Shown here one piece after another: positions 1-13,200 of a stretch of DNA of 64,000 nucleotides. The DNA is taken from assembly GCA_010909165.1 (NCBI GenBank), contig MU008180.1, forward strand, positions 867,884 through 931,883, written 5' to 3'. The notes beneath the pieces were generated by a model. It searched no databases. It had not been told where the DNA came from and saw nothing but the letters and a program-made list of their open reading frames with translations. Source of the DNA: Anthoceros angustus (Eukaryota > Plantae > Anthocerotophyta). Each line of letters opens with the position of its first letter. Position 1 is the first letter of the stretch. The translations under genes and the position numbers were made by a program.

Positions 1-804
1 CGACCTCCTTGTTGATCGCCAAGATCTTCCGCAAACTCCTGACTAGAGTGACGTTGTCCAGGCCAATACACGTGCCATTCCCCACCAATTCCCCCGCCTC
101 CAGCCAGGCAAGTCCGGATAGCCGGTCACAATGTTGCGCCCACGAGGGTCCATGGCCCGACTCCGGCTTTTGGGTGCCATTGCTTTCTCCTCCTCTTGTT
201 GTCAGCCGGGCCGAGTCCACGGCACGATGTTCCTCCTCACGCTCCAACCTCGACTGAGCCGCTTGTCGACTGGCGCCCAAAAGATAGCGCCAGAGAGCCG
301 GATTATGAGCGCAAGGGACCGTGAGGATTGTCTGAGGTCGCAAATAAATGACCTCCTCCGGCCAGGAAGTAACCGCTGGGCAAGGCGCTCGTCCAGAATC
401 GCTGTGGGTCTGCATGGCTTACTCGACCCCACGCTCTTACTCGCCTTACGCTGCGCCAGGCGTGAATACCGCTATAACGGCCTCGCAAGGTTACGGCCCC
501 GCCCATCTGCATGCCCGACCTCCACTGTGGCCCACGTGGCGCCGCCTGCCCGTCTCACGCCCGCCTCCTAGGTTACTCGCGATTTATCCTGCTGACTGGA
601 GTGGGTTCCGGACTTATCTCATTCCCGTAGTCCGAGCTTGCCATAGTGGTACCGGGGTCCGTTGTTCACTCTGAGTCCGGAGTATACTCCGAGCCTCGTC
701 CAAGCGCCACCCCAATTTATTCCTCCTTTTCCGCCTTTATTTATCCTTCAATCCTAAAAACAAAACCCTACTTATTTCTTAACTCGTGAAGTGCATAGCC
801 CACA
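1..804 (-). mobile_element. LTR-like unit A, copy 1 (3' LTR of Gypsy-I; runs off the window edge)
   Basis: On the minus strand it begins TGTGGGCTATGCAC at 804, right after a purine-rich tract (GAGAAGGAGTA, 805-815) and the integrase C-terminus. It is homologous by eye to ~7050-7900 and ~16200-17020, e.g. the shared ccttcaatcctaaaa..aaaccctacttatttc.taact and cttttgggtgccattgctt. Confidence 0.75.
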
Positions 805-3800
805 TACTCCTTCTCATCTGCTACGCCTCCGCCAACACTAATGACATTTCTTCACCCGCCACCCGCTCACCCGAGTGCAGCCTCCATCTAGCCGTGCGGA
901 TGGACCCGTCATATACTTGCACCACTTGGTACGGACCCATCCATCTCGTGAAGTTTGCTCGAAAATGCATGTAACGACTATCATAAAGGAGGGCCAGTCC
1001 CTTCCTTTACATACTCCCGATTCCGCACGATCGTGCCAAATCTTTCACTGGTTTTGCACCAATCATCTTCACCGAGCTTCTTCCCCGTCCTCCGTAACAA
1101 ACCCCAAGAGTCGCCGAGCCGGCTTTCCTCCGCCGCCTCCCTTCCATCATTACTCAAAAGTGGGCACTTCAAACTCCACCGCATTACGGAGAGTGTCCGT
1201 AGGTCAAGAAGCAGGTCCGCACCTTCCTCTGTCGTCCTAACGCCCATGCGGATGGCGCTTGGTATCCTGGGCTCATGAGTTCATCGTGAGTTTATTCAGA
1301 TCCCGCAGATGAGCCCATTTGTCTTCTCCGTCACCCCATTGGCCTTGTAGGATTGTGGTGCTCATGATTGATGCAAATACTCCATGGCGCCACCATCATT
1401 AAGGAAATGGGTTCCCCTATCACTTACCAACATGGACATCCGCATCTGTTATGATGTTCTCATGACAGAATTTGGCCAGATTTTGGTGAGTCCGCTCTTG
1501 TCGCCACCGCCTACCCACCGGTGCAGAGTCCGCTGCCACCGTGATGTATCTCCTTTGTGTGTCTTGTCGAGGTCAGATAGGTCCAACAAAGTCAATACCC
1601 CACTTTTCGAAGGTGCCGCCAATATCCATTTAGCGGCCACCGTGTCGCTTGGCTTTCCGATCCGCCGACAAGCATCACACTTCTTCACAAACCGTGGGTG
1701 TCCCCATACATTGTTGGCCACCGATCCCGCCTAAAAATCTTTTGGTGGTGACCGCGTAGTGTCCTCCCCAATCCTTCGTGCATTCCTCGACGACCGCCTC
1801 CTCTCTCGCCGGCCAGGTACCTTCGCTCTACTCCGTCCCTAATTTGAACACACACCTGTGTACATTCTCAAGGGTCGAGCATAGTGCACGAATGCCTCCT
1901 CCGCCCACGAGTCGATTGGAAGCTCCATTCCCTGAGGTACCGCCTATTTCTTCAGAGGCCTGGACGGCGACCCTCCCTTCTCCGCTCGCTAAGGCCGCTC
2001 GTAGCGGGGTTCGGCCCGGGCTCCGTTGTACTTTTACCGCAACCAATGTCTCATCCGGAACGCATCTTCCCGATCTCTCAACACCGCCTGCTTTCAATCG
2101 CGACAGAAATCAGATTTTGGTGCGCCTCCTTGTCTTTCCACTTCAACGTGAACTCGCAGAACAATATCCACCTTGCTATCCGTCCGACAGTCCGCCTTTA
2201 TTCACCGATGCTTCAACAAGAAGTGGTCTACATAGAACACAAACTCACCGGTAGTAGTAGGAATTTCTCGACAAAGATATACCATACCCAAGGCTTCGGC
2301 CTAGTTGTGTATTGCCCGCGGTGAGCCGGTAGTATACGGATAATCCTTCTTGTCGTCCTTCCGCTCAAGACTACTCCGATAGCAAAAGCGACACTACATA
2401 CATACATGAAATTTCTGCCCCTGTCCTCTAGAACCCAAGGCTACTAAGGTGTTCAGAATCCCGGCCTCCTCTCCTCCCGTGACTGTCCAAACCTCCTCCT
2501 TCCGCAGAGTTCCGCCAACTTAGCCGCCTTCGAAAGTCCTTAATAAACCGCGGTAGTATCCCACCATTCCTGTGAAACCTCTCATTCCTTTAGGTTCTGC
2601 TCGGCCGGAGAGATGGATGACCTGACCTTGTCCCGTCCACCTCGATTCCCCGCCGACACCCGATGTGTCCCAAAGATTCCCTCCCATTCCAAAGTAGCAT
2701 TTCTCGTGTAGGCTCAATTGAGTCTCCCAGCGCCCAAGCACCTTCTTAGATGTCCAAGGTGTTTGTCCCGCCCCCCATGCACAAAAATCATCCAGAATAT
2801 CTCCATGAAGTCCTCGAAGTCACTAAGACGTTGGTCACCATACGCATGAACGACCTCGGCCCGGCCATCCCAAAGGCACTTCTCTTGTAGGCAAACGACC
2901 CCACTCAGAGTGAAGGTCGCCTTGTCCCAAATCACCCCTTAGGTGCAATTGGTTGTATCCGAGTAGCCATCCAGAAGGAGTAAGTAGTCCGTCCACCCAC
3001 CTTGTCCAAAATGTCGCTCACGAATGGCATCGGAAGTGGTCCTTCTCCGCTATGGCTGAGCTTCCTCCAATCTTGGCATACCCGAATTTGTCCGGCGCTT
3101 GGGAACCACCACACCCAGGCGACCCACTCTGCTGACGATGGGGAAAATGATGTCCGCCTGTGTACTTATCAAGGACCTCCTTCACCTTGATTTGGGGTTG
3201 ATTGAGCTTGATCTTGACCGGCACCGCCTCCGGCTTCAAATCGATCTTATGCTCTCCCACTTCTTCTAATGCCCTTCATGTCCGTGACCTTGAAGGAACA
3301 CCTCAAAACTCCCCAAAGAAATGCTTTAGTCCTTCCTTCAGTCCGGAGGCATGCCTTTCTTAAACTTCGTGAATTTGCCTCGGCCGACCTCCACTTCTTC
3401 CACGCCGTCCGGTTCACTGCCTCGCTCGCCAAACCCCTCGCCCTCTCCTCGGGATCGCCCTCTCGCATCCCCATTCCTCAAGAGCTTGAGGTGAATCGTG
3501 TTACCTTCGATGTCCGCTTCCTTGGTCCGACTGCCTCCCCTCAGCCGGTCCGACCTCCTCACTTCCTTCCTCCAAATGCTGTGGCGACTCAAAACAATCA
3601 ACCACTTCCGCGCCAAAGGCATCCCACGAGTCCATCTCCTCCTGACCGGATCGGCGAAAGGGTACGCCTCCTGAGCTATCTTGTCTGCCGCTGGAGTCCT
3701 CCACGAGGTATACCCTTCTGTAGTGCTCACGCTTCCCACAATAGGTGTCCTTGCTCCAGTGATAGCAACCTCCCTTCTCGCACCTTAGGGTCCCACCCAC

Positions 3801-5200
3801 CGCTTGAAGTGAATCTCCTTCCTTCCAAAGTGTAGCTTGTCTGGCCAACCCTGCCCATAAAGAACACCTCATACCCTAATGGTCCGCCGGTTTGATCACA
3901 ACAAAATCCAGCCAGGTGCAGGCCATGGTGGCCAAGACTCCTAACCCCCGCACGGATCTCTTCTTGACATGTCCGCCATTCTCGTAGTCTTCTGAGGGTT
4001 CAAGGATGTGAAGCCCAATCGCCGGATGATGAGGTTGACTGACCGTGTCCAACGACATCCTTGATGATACATCCAAATCTCCACTTGTACCATCGGGCGC
4101 CTGGGTCCGTATGGGACACCACCTCACTTCCACCGTACCCTTCCCTTTGGTGCTCACGAGGTGGTTTCCTAACGCGAGACTTTTGCTCAGGTTATCCTCA
4201 CTGCCGAAGGACACAAGGTGTCATTCATCATCGTCCCACATTAAAGGGGTGAGGCTTCTACCCCCAATCGAGGATCCCGCTGGCCCCTCATCCTCTCCCC
4301 GTCACTGTTCGTATTCTCCGGATGCTTATGATTTCTCCTCGCAACATCTCGCCACCTTGACCACGCCCGGAAATCGCCGCTGAGGCACCGCTTTCCCCTG
4401 CCCCTGCACGGAGAACTTCCTTCGGTAATCCTCCCAGAGCCGCCTGCCCCTCCTTCATCGGCCGGATCCTCCGCCGGTATTTCCGCTGATTGCTTTTCCT
4501 CAAGGCCCGTGACGCTCTCCATTGTTCTTCTTCAACGGCGCCTTTCTCGCCGCCTCCTTCCTTCGGCCACGAGTAGACACCTCCAAGATTTCCACGCCTC
4601 CCTTCCTTTCGCCACCGTACCTTCTTCTCTTTCCATCTCGCACTGGAATCTCTTCCCACTCCGCCAATCGAGCATCTTCGACCGCCGCACGCAGCCTTAG
4701 GAGGTGGCGTTGGTGGTCGGGTTCTCCGCGTGGCATATCGCACTGCGCGGTTGGGACATAGCGCATCGTCATATGCCCAGCTGGCCGCCACACCCGTCAA
4801 GTCCCCATTACCCCGCCTCTGGGTACGGACACTGGAGTAATGGCCAGATTCTAGCCCACTGCACTACCAGACGGAGGATACCTCGGTCGGGGCTCGCTGA
4901 TTGACGGACCTCCGGCTGACTGACATGGTTTTGGGATATCGCGCCTGAGGGGCTTCTGCACTGATAGGCCTCTTCCCATTGCTCCTCGCCTCCTCATTCG
5001 TAGTCCACTTGATGCACCGCCTTGAGGGGCGCTTGATTTCGAATGGCCGGGCACACGACACCGTAGATGCTCGCACCGTAGTCGTTTTCCGCCGCCCCTT
5101 AACCCGGTTTATCGCCAGTCCTCTACTCTCTTTATCACTTTTTCCAGTCCTCCCGCACTGCCACCTCCTTTGAGGGAGTCGGGTCCGTGGAGCTTCTGAC
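805..5200 (-). mobile_element. Gypsy-I: decayed Ty3/Gypsy internal region (gag-PR-RT-RH-INT, no chromodomain seen)
   Basis: Frameshifted fragments occur in Gypsy order: protease (GLHILEPS...WLDFVVIK, ~3870-4200), RT start (EHKIDLKPEAVPVK, ~3200), RT core (DKATFTL...DFMEIF, ~2700-2940), integrase Zn finger (FVKKCDACRRIGKP, ~1650-1720) and integrase GPY/F motif (FTRWMGPYQVVQV, ~915-950). Many stops and indels. The 5' boundary is approximate. Confidence 0.85.
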
Positions 5201-7910
5201 CGTGCACACCGTCACCACCTCCTTTAGCCGCTTTCTTGCTTCTTCATGGGATACTCCTCGCTAGAGACCGCCTCTTCTTCTGGACGATCCTCCTCCAAGA
5301 CACCTCCGATTGGTCTTCCTCCTCCTCTCAAGACTCTTCCTCCTGAGTCTCGAACCCCGCTTCTTCTTCTTCTTCTTGCCTTGAGCGGATTTCTTTATCC
5401 TCCGAGCGATTCCTCGTAGTTTCGCCGCCCGACCTTTGCCCACGCCCTTCCTGCCAGCAGCAGGACGTGCCCTGGTTTGGCTAGACCGCCAACCACCGCA
5501 TCTGCATCGTGGTATGGGTTGATGCCGATCCTCGTGCATAGAACCGCTGTACGAGCATTTTCTCCTTCTTCCCTCGCCTGATTTTCCAACTTTGATAATA
5601 CATACCCTCCCGGTCGATCCTCAAAACCGCTCTAAGAAGGCATTTTCAAAGCTTCAAACGAGGCGGGGCATTCTCCTGGTGTATTTCTCCGACATTGAGC
5701 ACCCCTGAGAACCCTTGAAAAGCCGGATGAGCCGCCGCCCTCTCCGCTAGTTGGCTTTGGACATGAAGTCCTCCACAAAGGTCTCCGCATCCCGCCTCCT
5801 TCTTCCCTCCGAATATGGAGTACGCTTGTTTGGTCGAGTAGGGGCCATGGTCCGCCATCGTGGCGCCTACCTTCTTCCGCCTGCACCTCGACTCACCTTG
5901 GTCCGACACCGACCACGCTCTCCTCCTCCGATCGACGGTCCTCTCGCTGGGTTTGACGCCTCCTCCTCGCTCGGAGAGCACGCGAGGTGACCACGTCCGA
6001 TCCTCCCGACGGCTTCACTTTGACCGCCGCCCACCGCCACGCATTCACTTACCTTCTTCCTAAGGACGCACTTTGCAGCACTACGCATCGATTTCATTCC
6101 CGGCACCAAGGCGCCAAAATGCTGGGCGGGTCTTTTGTTGACTGGACAGCCGGGCGCCGCATACAACTCGATGTCGTTGTAGTATAGATGAGTTCCGCTC
6201 CAGCAGTAATGATAGTCTTTCCGTTTTGCCCTTGACCTCTCTTACTCAGAGTAGGCAGGGGTAAGTGCAGGCCCCAAGACCTTCTCGAGGTCGCTGCGTT
6301 GGTACACCGCGACAAATCTTATGCTCGGCCTCCCGCCGAGTTCGCTTGTGGCTCGGCAGCCCGCCGTCGGGTTATTGCATTTTCGGCACTGTCTGGCCGG
6401 GTGGAGCCGCCAACGCCCTCCCAAGATCGCCTCCCCGCGGCTTACCGCCCGAGGGGGCACCAAAAGGAGGGAAGGGGAATCTCCTCCCAAACTTCCTGGG
6501 TGGTGAGGGGTCTGCCTGCATTTATGGAGTCCGGAATCCCTCCCGCCCGTCCCTCCCGAGTCCGCTTGGTCTCGGCTGACGACTCCCACCTCGGCGCCCT
6601 TGCACGCCTATTCGGGTGGCCTCCACCCCTCCCGAGCGCCCGCTCAAGCTCCTCCTTCAGAGCTCGAAATGTCCCATACGAATGATGCATGGTCACCATG
6701 GCGGGCTTCTCGCCTTAGCTTCATGCGCCTCCGATCGAACCTAAAGATAATCCTTCCTCACCGCCTTCTTCCTCACCGAGCGCACGCAGTGAATACTAAC
6801 AGGTTATCACCAAGGTGATCCACCTTGGTGAGGTGTTCCAATGGACACGATCCGCCATCTTTACTCGACCGTCTGCAGACGGATATCAACCATCCGCTGG
6901 TTGTCCGCTGCCTGTGCCTCAAAGATCGCTACGGGGCGGCCCTATCTTCCCTTCGCCTTAAGGGGCTCTCGCACCACGCCCCTTCTTCCTCCTTCTGCCA
7001 CAGAGTCCTCGGGACCTCCCAAGGTCCATCGCCTGGCCCTCCCGGAGGTTCTTGGATCGAACCTCCTTGCCGTCACCGCCAGCATCTTCCCGGCAAACTC
7101 CCCGACGAGTGACGCCTCCAAGGTCCGCACGGAATACATCCAGCCATTCCCCCACCACCCCTCGCCTCCTCCACCTGTGCCCAAGTCCTGGAGCGCACAC
7201 AATGTCAGGCCCACGAGGGTCCATGGCCCCGACTCCGCCCGCTTTTGGGTGCCATTGCTTCCTCCTCTGTGGTCAGAATGGCCGGGCCGTGAGTCCGCAC
7301 GATGTTCCTCCTTCGCCGTCACGCTCCAACCTTGACGCTGGCCTTTGTCGACGGGCGCCCCAAAAGATAAAGGCCAGAGAGCCTGGACAGTGAGCTAAGG
7401 GACCGCGAGGATTGCCTCTGAGGCAGAACAAATGACCTCCTCCCTACTGTGGAAGTAATCACCGGGCTGAAAGGCGCTTGTCCGAGAATCGCCAGGGTCC
7501 GCATGGCTTACTCGACCCCACGCCTGGCTTACTGCCTTACGCCAAGCTTCGGGCGCGAATACCGCTATAACGGCTCGGTGCAAGGTTACGGCCCCGACCT
7601 ACTGCATGCCCGACCTCCACTCAGGCCGCCCACGGCGCCATTGCTCTCGTCTCACGCCCGCCTCCTAGGTTACTTTCCGCGATTTATCCTGTTGACTGAG
7701 TGGGTTCCGGACTTATCCTCACATTCCGGCGAGTCCCGGAGCTTGCCATAGTGGTACCGGGGTCCGTTGTTCACTCCCGAGTCCGAGTATACTCGAGCTC
7801 AGTCCGCTGCCCAATTACCTATTCCTCCTTTTCCGCTACTTATTTATCCTTCAATCCTAAAAAAATGTAAACCCTACTTATTTCTTAACTCCCAGGGAAG
7901 TTGCAGACAG
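5200..7910 (-). mobile_element. LTR-like unit A, copy 2 (5' LTR, or LTR plus extra ORF, of Gypsy-I)
   Basis: Colinear with 14326-17020: ggtaag...gaggtc...gcgttggta at ~6260/15470, the caccaaggtgatccaccttggtg hairpin at 6808/15959, and LCGGL-coding ccacaaag at ~5775/15145. Its upper end is colinear with 1-804. Both boundaries are approximate. Confidence 0.7.
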
Positions 7911-8599
7911 CCCCTGGCAGCCACGAGGCGTTTACGATGGTTCCCTCTCGAATCAGAGGCTGGGGAGTCTATCCGTGGCACGGGCCAGGCGAAAGGCGTG
8001 AGGCGAGCATTAGGGAGGGAGGGCACAGGCATGATTTGTCGCAAATGGCGAGCGAGGCGGGACAGCTGGACATAAGTCCCGCATGTGCGCCGGCGCGTCT
8101 GCGAAGGCGCGAGGGAAACTCAGCAAGGGAGAGTGAGGTGGAGGTTGTGGGGAAAATCGGATCGCAGGCGTAGGGCCAAGAGCGAGAGGGGTCCCAGGGG
8201 CCGTAGGGCGAGGCAAGAATCGCGGAGGGCCGCTGATTTTAGGAGTCGCGATAGCTTAGGACCGGGTTTTTCGGGCGAGGGATGGGGAGTTCCATCACCA
8301 GAGTCATTGTTGCTTAGATTGGTAAGGGGCGCCGCAGGAGCTACAATTTTAGACCCAAAGAGAAGTGAGTCAGGTTGGACACGATGTATAAGAGACCCTT
8401 TGGGTGTCTCTCAAAGATGCATTTGTGTGAACTTCCGCATCGAATCCTCGGGGTTGATTGAGACGTCGTCAAGATCAAACCCGCAAGACCGCCTTCTCAC
8501 AAGAAGACCGGAAGATCCTCGGATAGTCGAGAGTGAGTGGCCAAGCTCCAGTCTGGGACAAGAATGGTGAGGGGCGCCCAACATGCGCCGAGAAGAAGG

Positions 8600-9650
8600 G
8601 GTTGCCGTGAAAGTCTGGGGTGAGATCGCACCCAGTGAATCGCCCAGGCATCGACTGGCCTCGTCCCTCCTTCCAACAAGCCGCCCATCGAACGTGTTTA
8701 ATTCTATGAGGAGGGGTCCTGTGGCCCGTGGTGAGGTCTGTGGTGGCCCGGGAAAAGGGAGAGAGACGGTATACATGCGTGAGAGGTTCTCAAGAAGAAG
8801 AGGGTATGCCGTGGTAAGGAATTGTGGTTGCGCTTTGAGGAAACGCGAGTAATAGAAAGAGGGGGGAAAAGCGAGAGTGAGATCAAGAGGGGTCGACACC
8901 GGCGAGTCGTCATGATTCTCGATCGAGTGCCTAATTCCCGAAGTTCTCGAGTACCTGACCCCTAGGAGTGAATTAGAGTAGATGTGAGTCTGTGTGCGTG
9001 TGTGTGGAAGACCGACCTGAGACCTCATTCCGAAGTGACTACGGTAGTCACGACGCCAAGACGCGGCGGGCGGGCCCGCCTGTGGTTGAGTCAACCACCG
9101 CGTGGCGGAACGCGCCACTACAGGCGAACCCCCGCGACGGTACGAGTCCTCCATGCTGGGTTTGCCCGAGAGTGGGTGGTCTGTAGGGTAAACGCTGGCC
9201 AGGTAGGTTAGACAATCAGAGATTAGCTCATCTTGACACAAAACCATTCCCTTGGATCGAATCCTGATAACGACATACAGAGGGTAAATGTGGCCTTGCC
9301 CTTTGGACGCAAAACCCATTCCACATGACATGAAGACAAATTGGAAGGGTCCCATTCGCAGTTGCTGAGGCTGTAGAGGGTAATTATCACGTGGAAGTAG
9401 GGCCACGCTACTGAGCTTCTAAACAAGGGAAGGCTTGGGCAACGGTGCACCACGTGGTGCGAGGCCAAAGTCGAGATGCCGGAGCAAGCCAAGCTGGATC
9501 CCCACAACAAGAACGAGGTTGTCAAGTATTGGGTAAGCCCTACAAAGGCAGCCACGCTAGAAGAAGCCCTAGAGGCACGGACCAAACGAATTGTAGGTGG
9601 CTAGACTGGACAATGGAGAGACTTGAATGGACAAAATTGGGAAACTTGAC
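8600..9650 (+). pseudogene. Decayed accessory ORF of transposon B (unknown product), convergent with the transposase
   Basis: Merging both copies gives protein-like reads: KELWLRFEE..VIE, IECLIPEVLEYL, LAHLDTKPFPWIES, PIP.RHEDKFWKGLPIRKGAEVVEGNYHVEVGPRLYELLNKGRLGQ, KLDPHNKNEVVKYWVSP. The counterpart is at ~17080-18110 (ORF 17745..17933). Confidence 0.5.
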
Positions 9651-10229
9651 TCAATGTTGGACAATTTTGACGTTTTCACTAGTGAATCAAGAGAGCCTCC
9701 GCATGCATAGGGAGAGCCTTCCTTTCAACACACACTCCCGAGCACGCAAGAACAAACATGGGCCGGAAAATAGTCTCTCCGACATGATACACCTCTAGTT
9801 TCCCGCTTTCTTGATTCCTTCTTGGAGACTAGCTTGACTGCACGGATTGTGTATCCTCACTCTCATCTTCCGTGGGCCACCGATGTCTATGATCACCGAT
9901 CGTCACTGGACGTGGGTAGTCTCTCAAGCATCAGCCCGGATCCGGCTGCCGGATCACCGCCAAATGACCACGCAGTCTTCCGGACACTTGCCCAAGAGGG
10001 CTGCGAGCCATGAATGGTCTTCACCGCCATCCGCCTCCGGTATCGCTCCAACCCCGTGCCCGCCATCGCACCCACACTCCTCCGCACCGCACCGACACCC
10101 GCCTCCCGCCATCGCCGCGACCGCTACCGCCATCAAAGCAACACCGCACCCATCTCCGCAGCCATGGCTCACTTGCTTCAAGCTTACATCGTACAAACCT
10201 CTCGACGGGGTTTTCACCGGATTTTGCGT

Positions 10230-13200
10230 TAGAGCTTATCACCCGCAATGCCGCAATTCGCAAAGTGCTCCATATTCATGGAGTGCATCGAGACCTTTGC
10301 GTGTGAAGATGGTTACCGCACCATGGTATTTAGAAGTCGGATCAAGGTCATTTCGTGAAGGCATGGGCATATGTCCTAGTTTCCCTCCCTCACAAGCTCT
10401 TTAAAGGACTCATGCGTCCGAGTCCAAGACATACAATAGCCGGCCTCCTTCCACTGCTCCAACAAGGGGAACTTCTCACGGTTGAAAGAAGGGTGACCTC
10501 GGAATCGTAGTCCAAAGTGTACACACAACCATCCTCCACGGAGTAGTATTGGCCCACAACTACCTTGTCACCGGGAGGAAGTTTTGCTTGCTCCATGGAT
10601 GTAATGTGCTCCGTGGTCACATGCACGCAACAGTGCATTTTGCCAAATAAAAACTTGAACCTTCATCCCTAGGATCCGTGACGCACTGTAAAGTTGTCTC
10701 CAAGCTCTAAGAGGTGCGAGTTCGAGACATCCTCATTTGCAACCTCGTCACAGAAGGCGGCCCATCCTCTCAGGAGCATTTAGCAATGGTGCGGTCACGG
10801 TCCGAATTCGACCAGGATCCCTATTGTCCTCAGTAATCGAATGCCGGATGTAGGGGCATCGACTCACATGCCGCATGGTCACCGCCCATGCAAATAGCAA
10901 AAACACGCTAGATGCCGTGATCTTGAGCCGAGGGTTGGTTGCATCCACGAGTCCCCGTAAATGTTGTGCATGCCTTTAGAACCCGGATTGGTGCACACCC
11001 ACCGTCATGCGGTTGACTTCATTCTTTCCCACCAACCAAAACCTCTCTGCACGCCGCCACTTGCATAGGAGGATGCCCCATGAGATATCGAACGCAGGAA
11101 CTCGACAACGTCGACTGCAGCCTTGCCGGTGATGCCTCTTCTCCACGTAGTCCCTCTTTAATATGGCACCGCCCCATCGTGCTCCCCTTCCGTGTCCCGA
11201 CCCAAAATAACTCAAAGATTTTGCATCCCCGTTAGACCGGGTACCGCCACAAAATAGCTTGGTCTCGCAAGCCTTAAACCGAAGTCGCACCATCCGACCA
11301 CATCCAATGCTCCCGTGGCCTCTTGTATCCATTGGACAGCAACATCCTGTAGCATAAGGGCATCTTTGGACAAAGAGAGTGTCGTCGTCATGTCATCACT
11401 AATGTAAAAGTGGTAAAACTTTTGAACATTGCAATAGGGGTCCTCCTCTACCACCGCCCCATCCGCATATATGTAACATGGACTAGGATAGTCACTTGAT
11501 CACTATGCCGTGCATTGATTGTATCTCGCTCGAACTTGGAAAGCATAGTTAGAAGTCCATAATGAAACTATCACATCCTCGAAACCAATCAATGCATTCA
11601 AACCTGTGGCTTGCCATCTTTGGACGTAATCATGTGAAATGAAGGCAGCCAGCTTATCTTGAAGGAATTCAATCATCGCCAAGGATGAGTTTCCCTATAG
11701 ACTAGCTTTATTACGGGTCTTAGAGGTTCCGGTCCTCATTCACTCCCACTGGTACTCAAAGCACCGCCACTTCAGCCACCTCCGCAAAAATTGCTTGTGA
11801 AACCTCCTTAGGACAGAGGGCCAGCTTAGAAACTCCACAAGCGCGCATTTACCAAGCAAACATTTTCGCCTATGCCCTCATCCGGTGCTCTAGGACATAA
11901 AAGATTGCACCATCTCGCGGACGGAGGTAAAACATCTCCGAGGAGCGTAGCACTTGTCCCCTCCTCGGGTTTCTCTCCACACACCACCGCACGCCGCACG
12001 TGAGGTGCACTTTGATGTGGCACTGCGTAGCAAGTTCAGGCGTCCTTCAAAAACGCCATCTCGACATGGTACCTACAACAATGTATATTTCTCTTGTGGA
12101 CTTGATGAAGAAGGGCTTATTTCTCAAATGCTCGTTGGCCAATGTTGATGTTCGGATGCTCCTTCGAAAGCGCAAAAAACTCCTGCAGATCAAACACGAC
12201 AATGCATGCTCGAACACAACCCTCTAAAGAGCCACATGAAGTGCCTCCCTCTCAAAGAAAGTGAGCCTGGACATCCTCAAGTGAACTGGGTCTACAAAGA
12301 AATGAGCATTGCATACAGATGAAATGAGCAAGAGCAAGAGCAAATGAGCATTGCACCCAGAACAAATGACCAGAGGCCAGCGCAAATGAGCATTGCACCC
12401 AGAACAAATGACCAGAGACCAGCGCAAATGACCAGGAGCCAGCACAAATGACCAGGAGCTAGCGCAAATGCCCAGAAGCCAGGACAAATGACCAGGAGCC
12501 ATGGCAAATGACCAGGAGCCAGAGGTACTGACCAGAGCAAGCACGCGAAGCAAAATGAGTGAAGCATCAGCGACAATCAGCCACACGGAAGGAAGGGCTG
12601 AACATGGAGAGTGATGTAGCTGGAACGCCATCGGGGGTCACATGTAGTGGTGTGATGGTGGTGTAACAACTTACAAGGTTAGTGGCGTGTTCCAGCAAGC
12701 ATGGGAGGCACTAGGCAAGGAGATGCGCTCACCACGGTGGCTCACCACCATGGAAGTAGCAAAGACAAAACACGTTGAACTGATCACCGAGAGGTATCCG
12801 GAAATGGATTATGTGGAATACAAGAGGAGCCACCGTTCCTAGCATCCTTGGAGTTGGAGGAAGGCCTTGATGTCTCCAAAATTGCAAAACAACTTGCTTT
12901 ACCTCTTGGGTCAAACAATCGAACGAGCCTTCCGTCCCCACCCACAAGCACCTCCTCGGTGCACTTTGCAAATCGCTGGTCCAAGATGGCGTACACACAC
13001 GCCGACCCCAAGGACCCGCCAAGGGCGATGCTCCACTTCTTGCCTCACATCCTCGTAAGCACAATATTCATGAAGGTTTGTCTTGCCTTCAACTTATCGA
13101 CGCTTGTACACTCCGCAGCCTTCTTCATGGCCGCCCCGGAAAGCTAGGGATGTGGCTCGAGCCTTCACCCCTCGCAATGCGGGAAGAACTCCTTGAGGCC

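Noticed and set aside
5104-5117. TGGCGATAAACCGG (minus strand) as the Gypsy-I PBS
   Set aside because: It is not preceded by an LTR-terminal CA, and I cannot match it to a tRNA 3' end without a search.
5200-7910. Unit A as a DIRS/tyrosine-recombinase element or LINE ORF1
   Set aside because: No RT, recombinase or endonuclease motifs were found. The TG start directly after a PPT and the integrase supports an LTR relationship.
12224-12631. Repetitive hydrophobic ORFs (LAPGHL.W.LVIC)
   Set aside because: Translation of the minisatellite; not conserved as a frame in the second copy.
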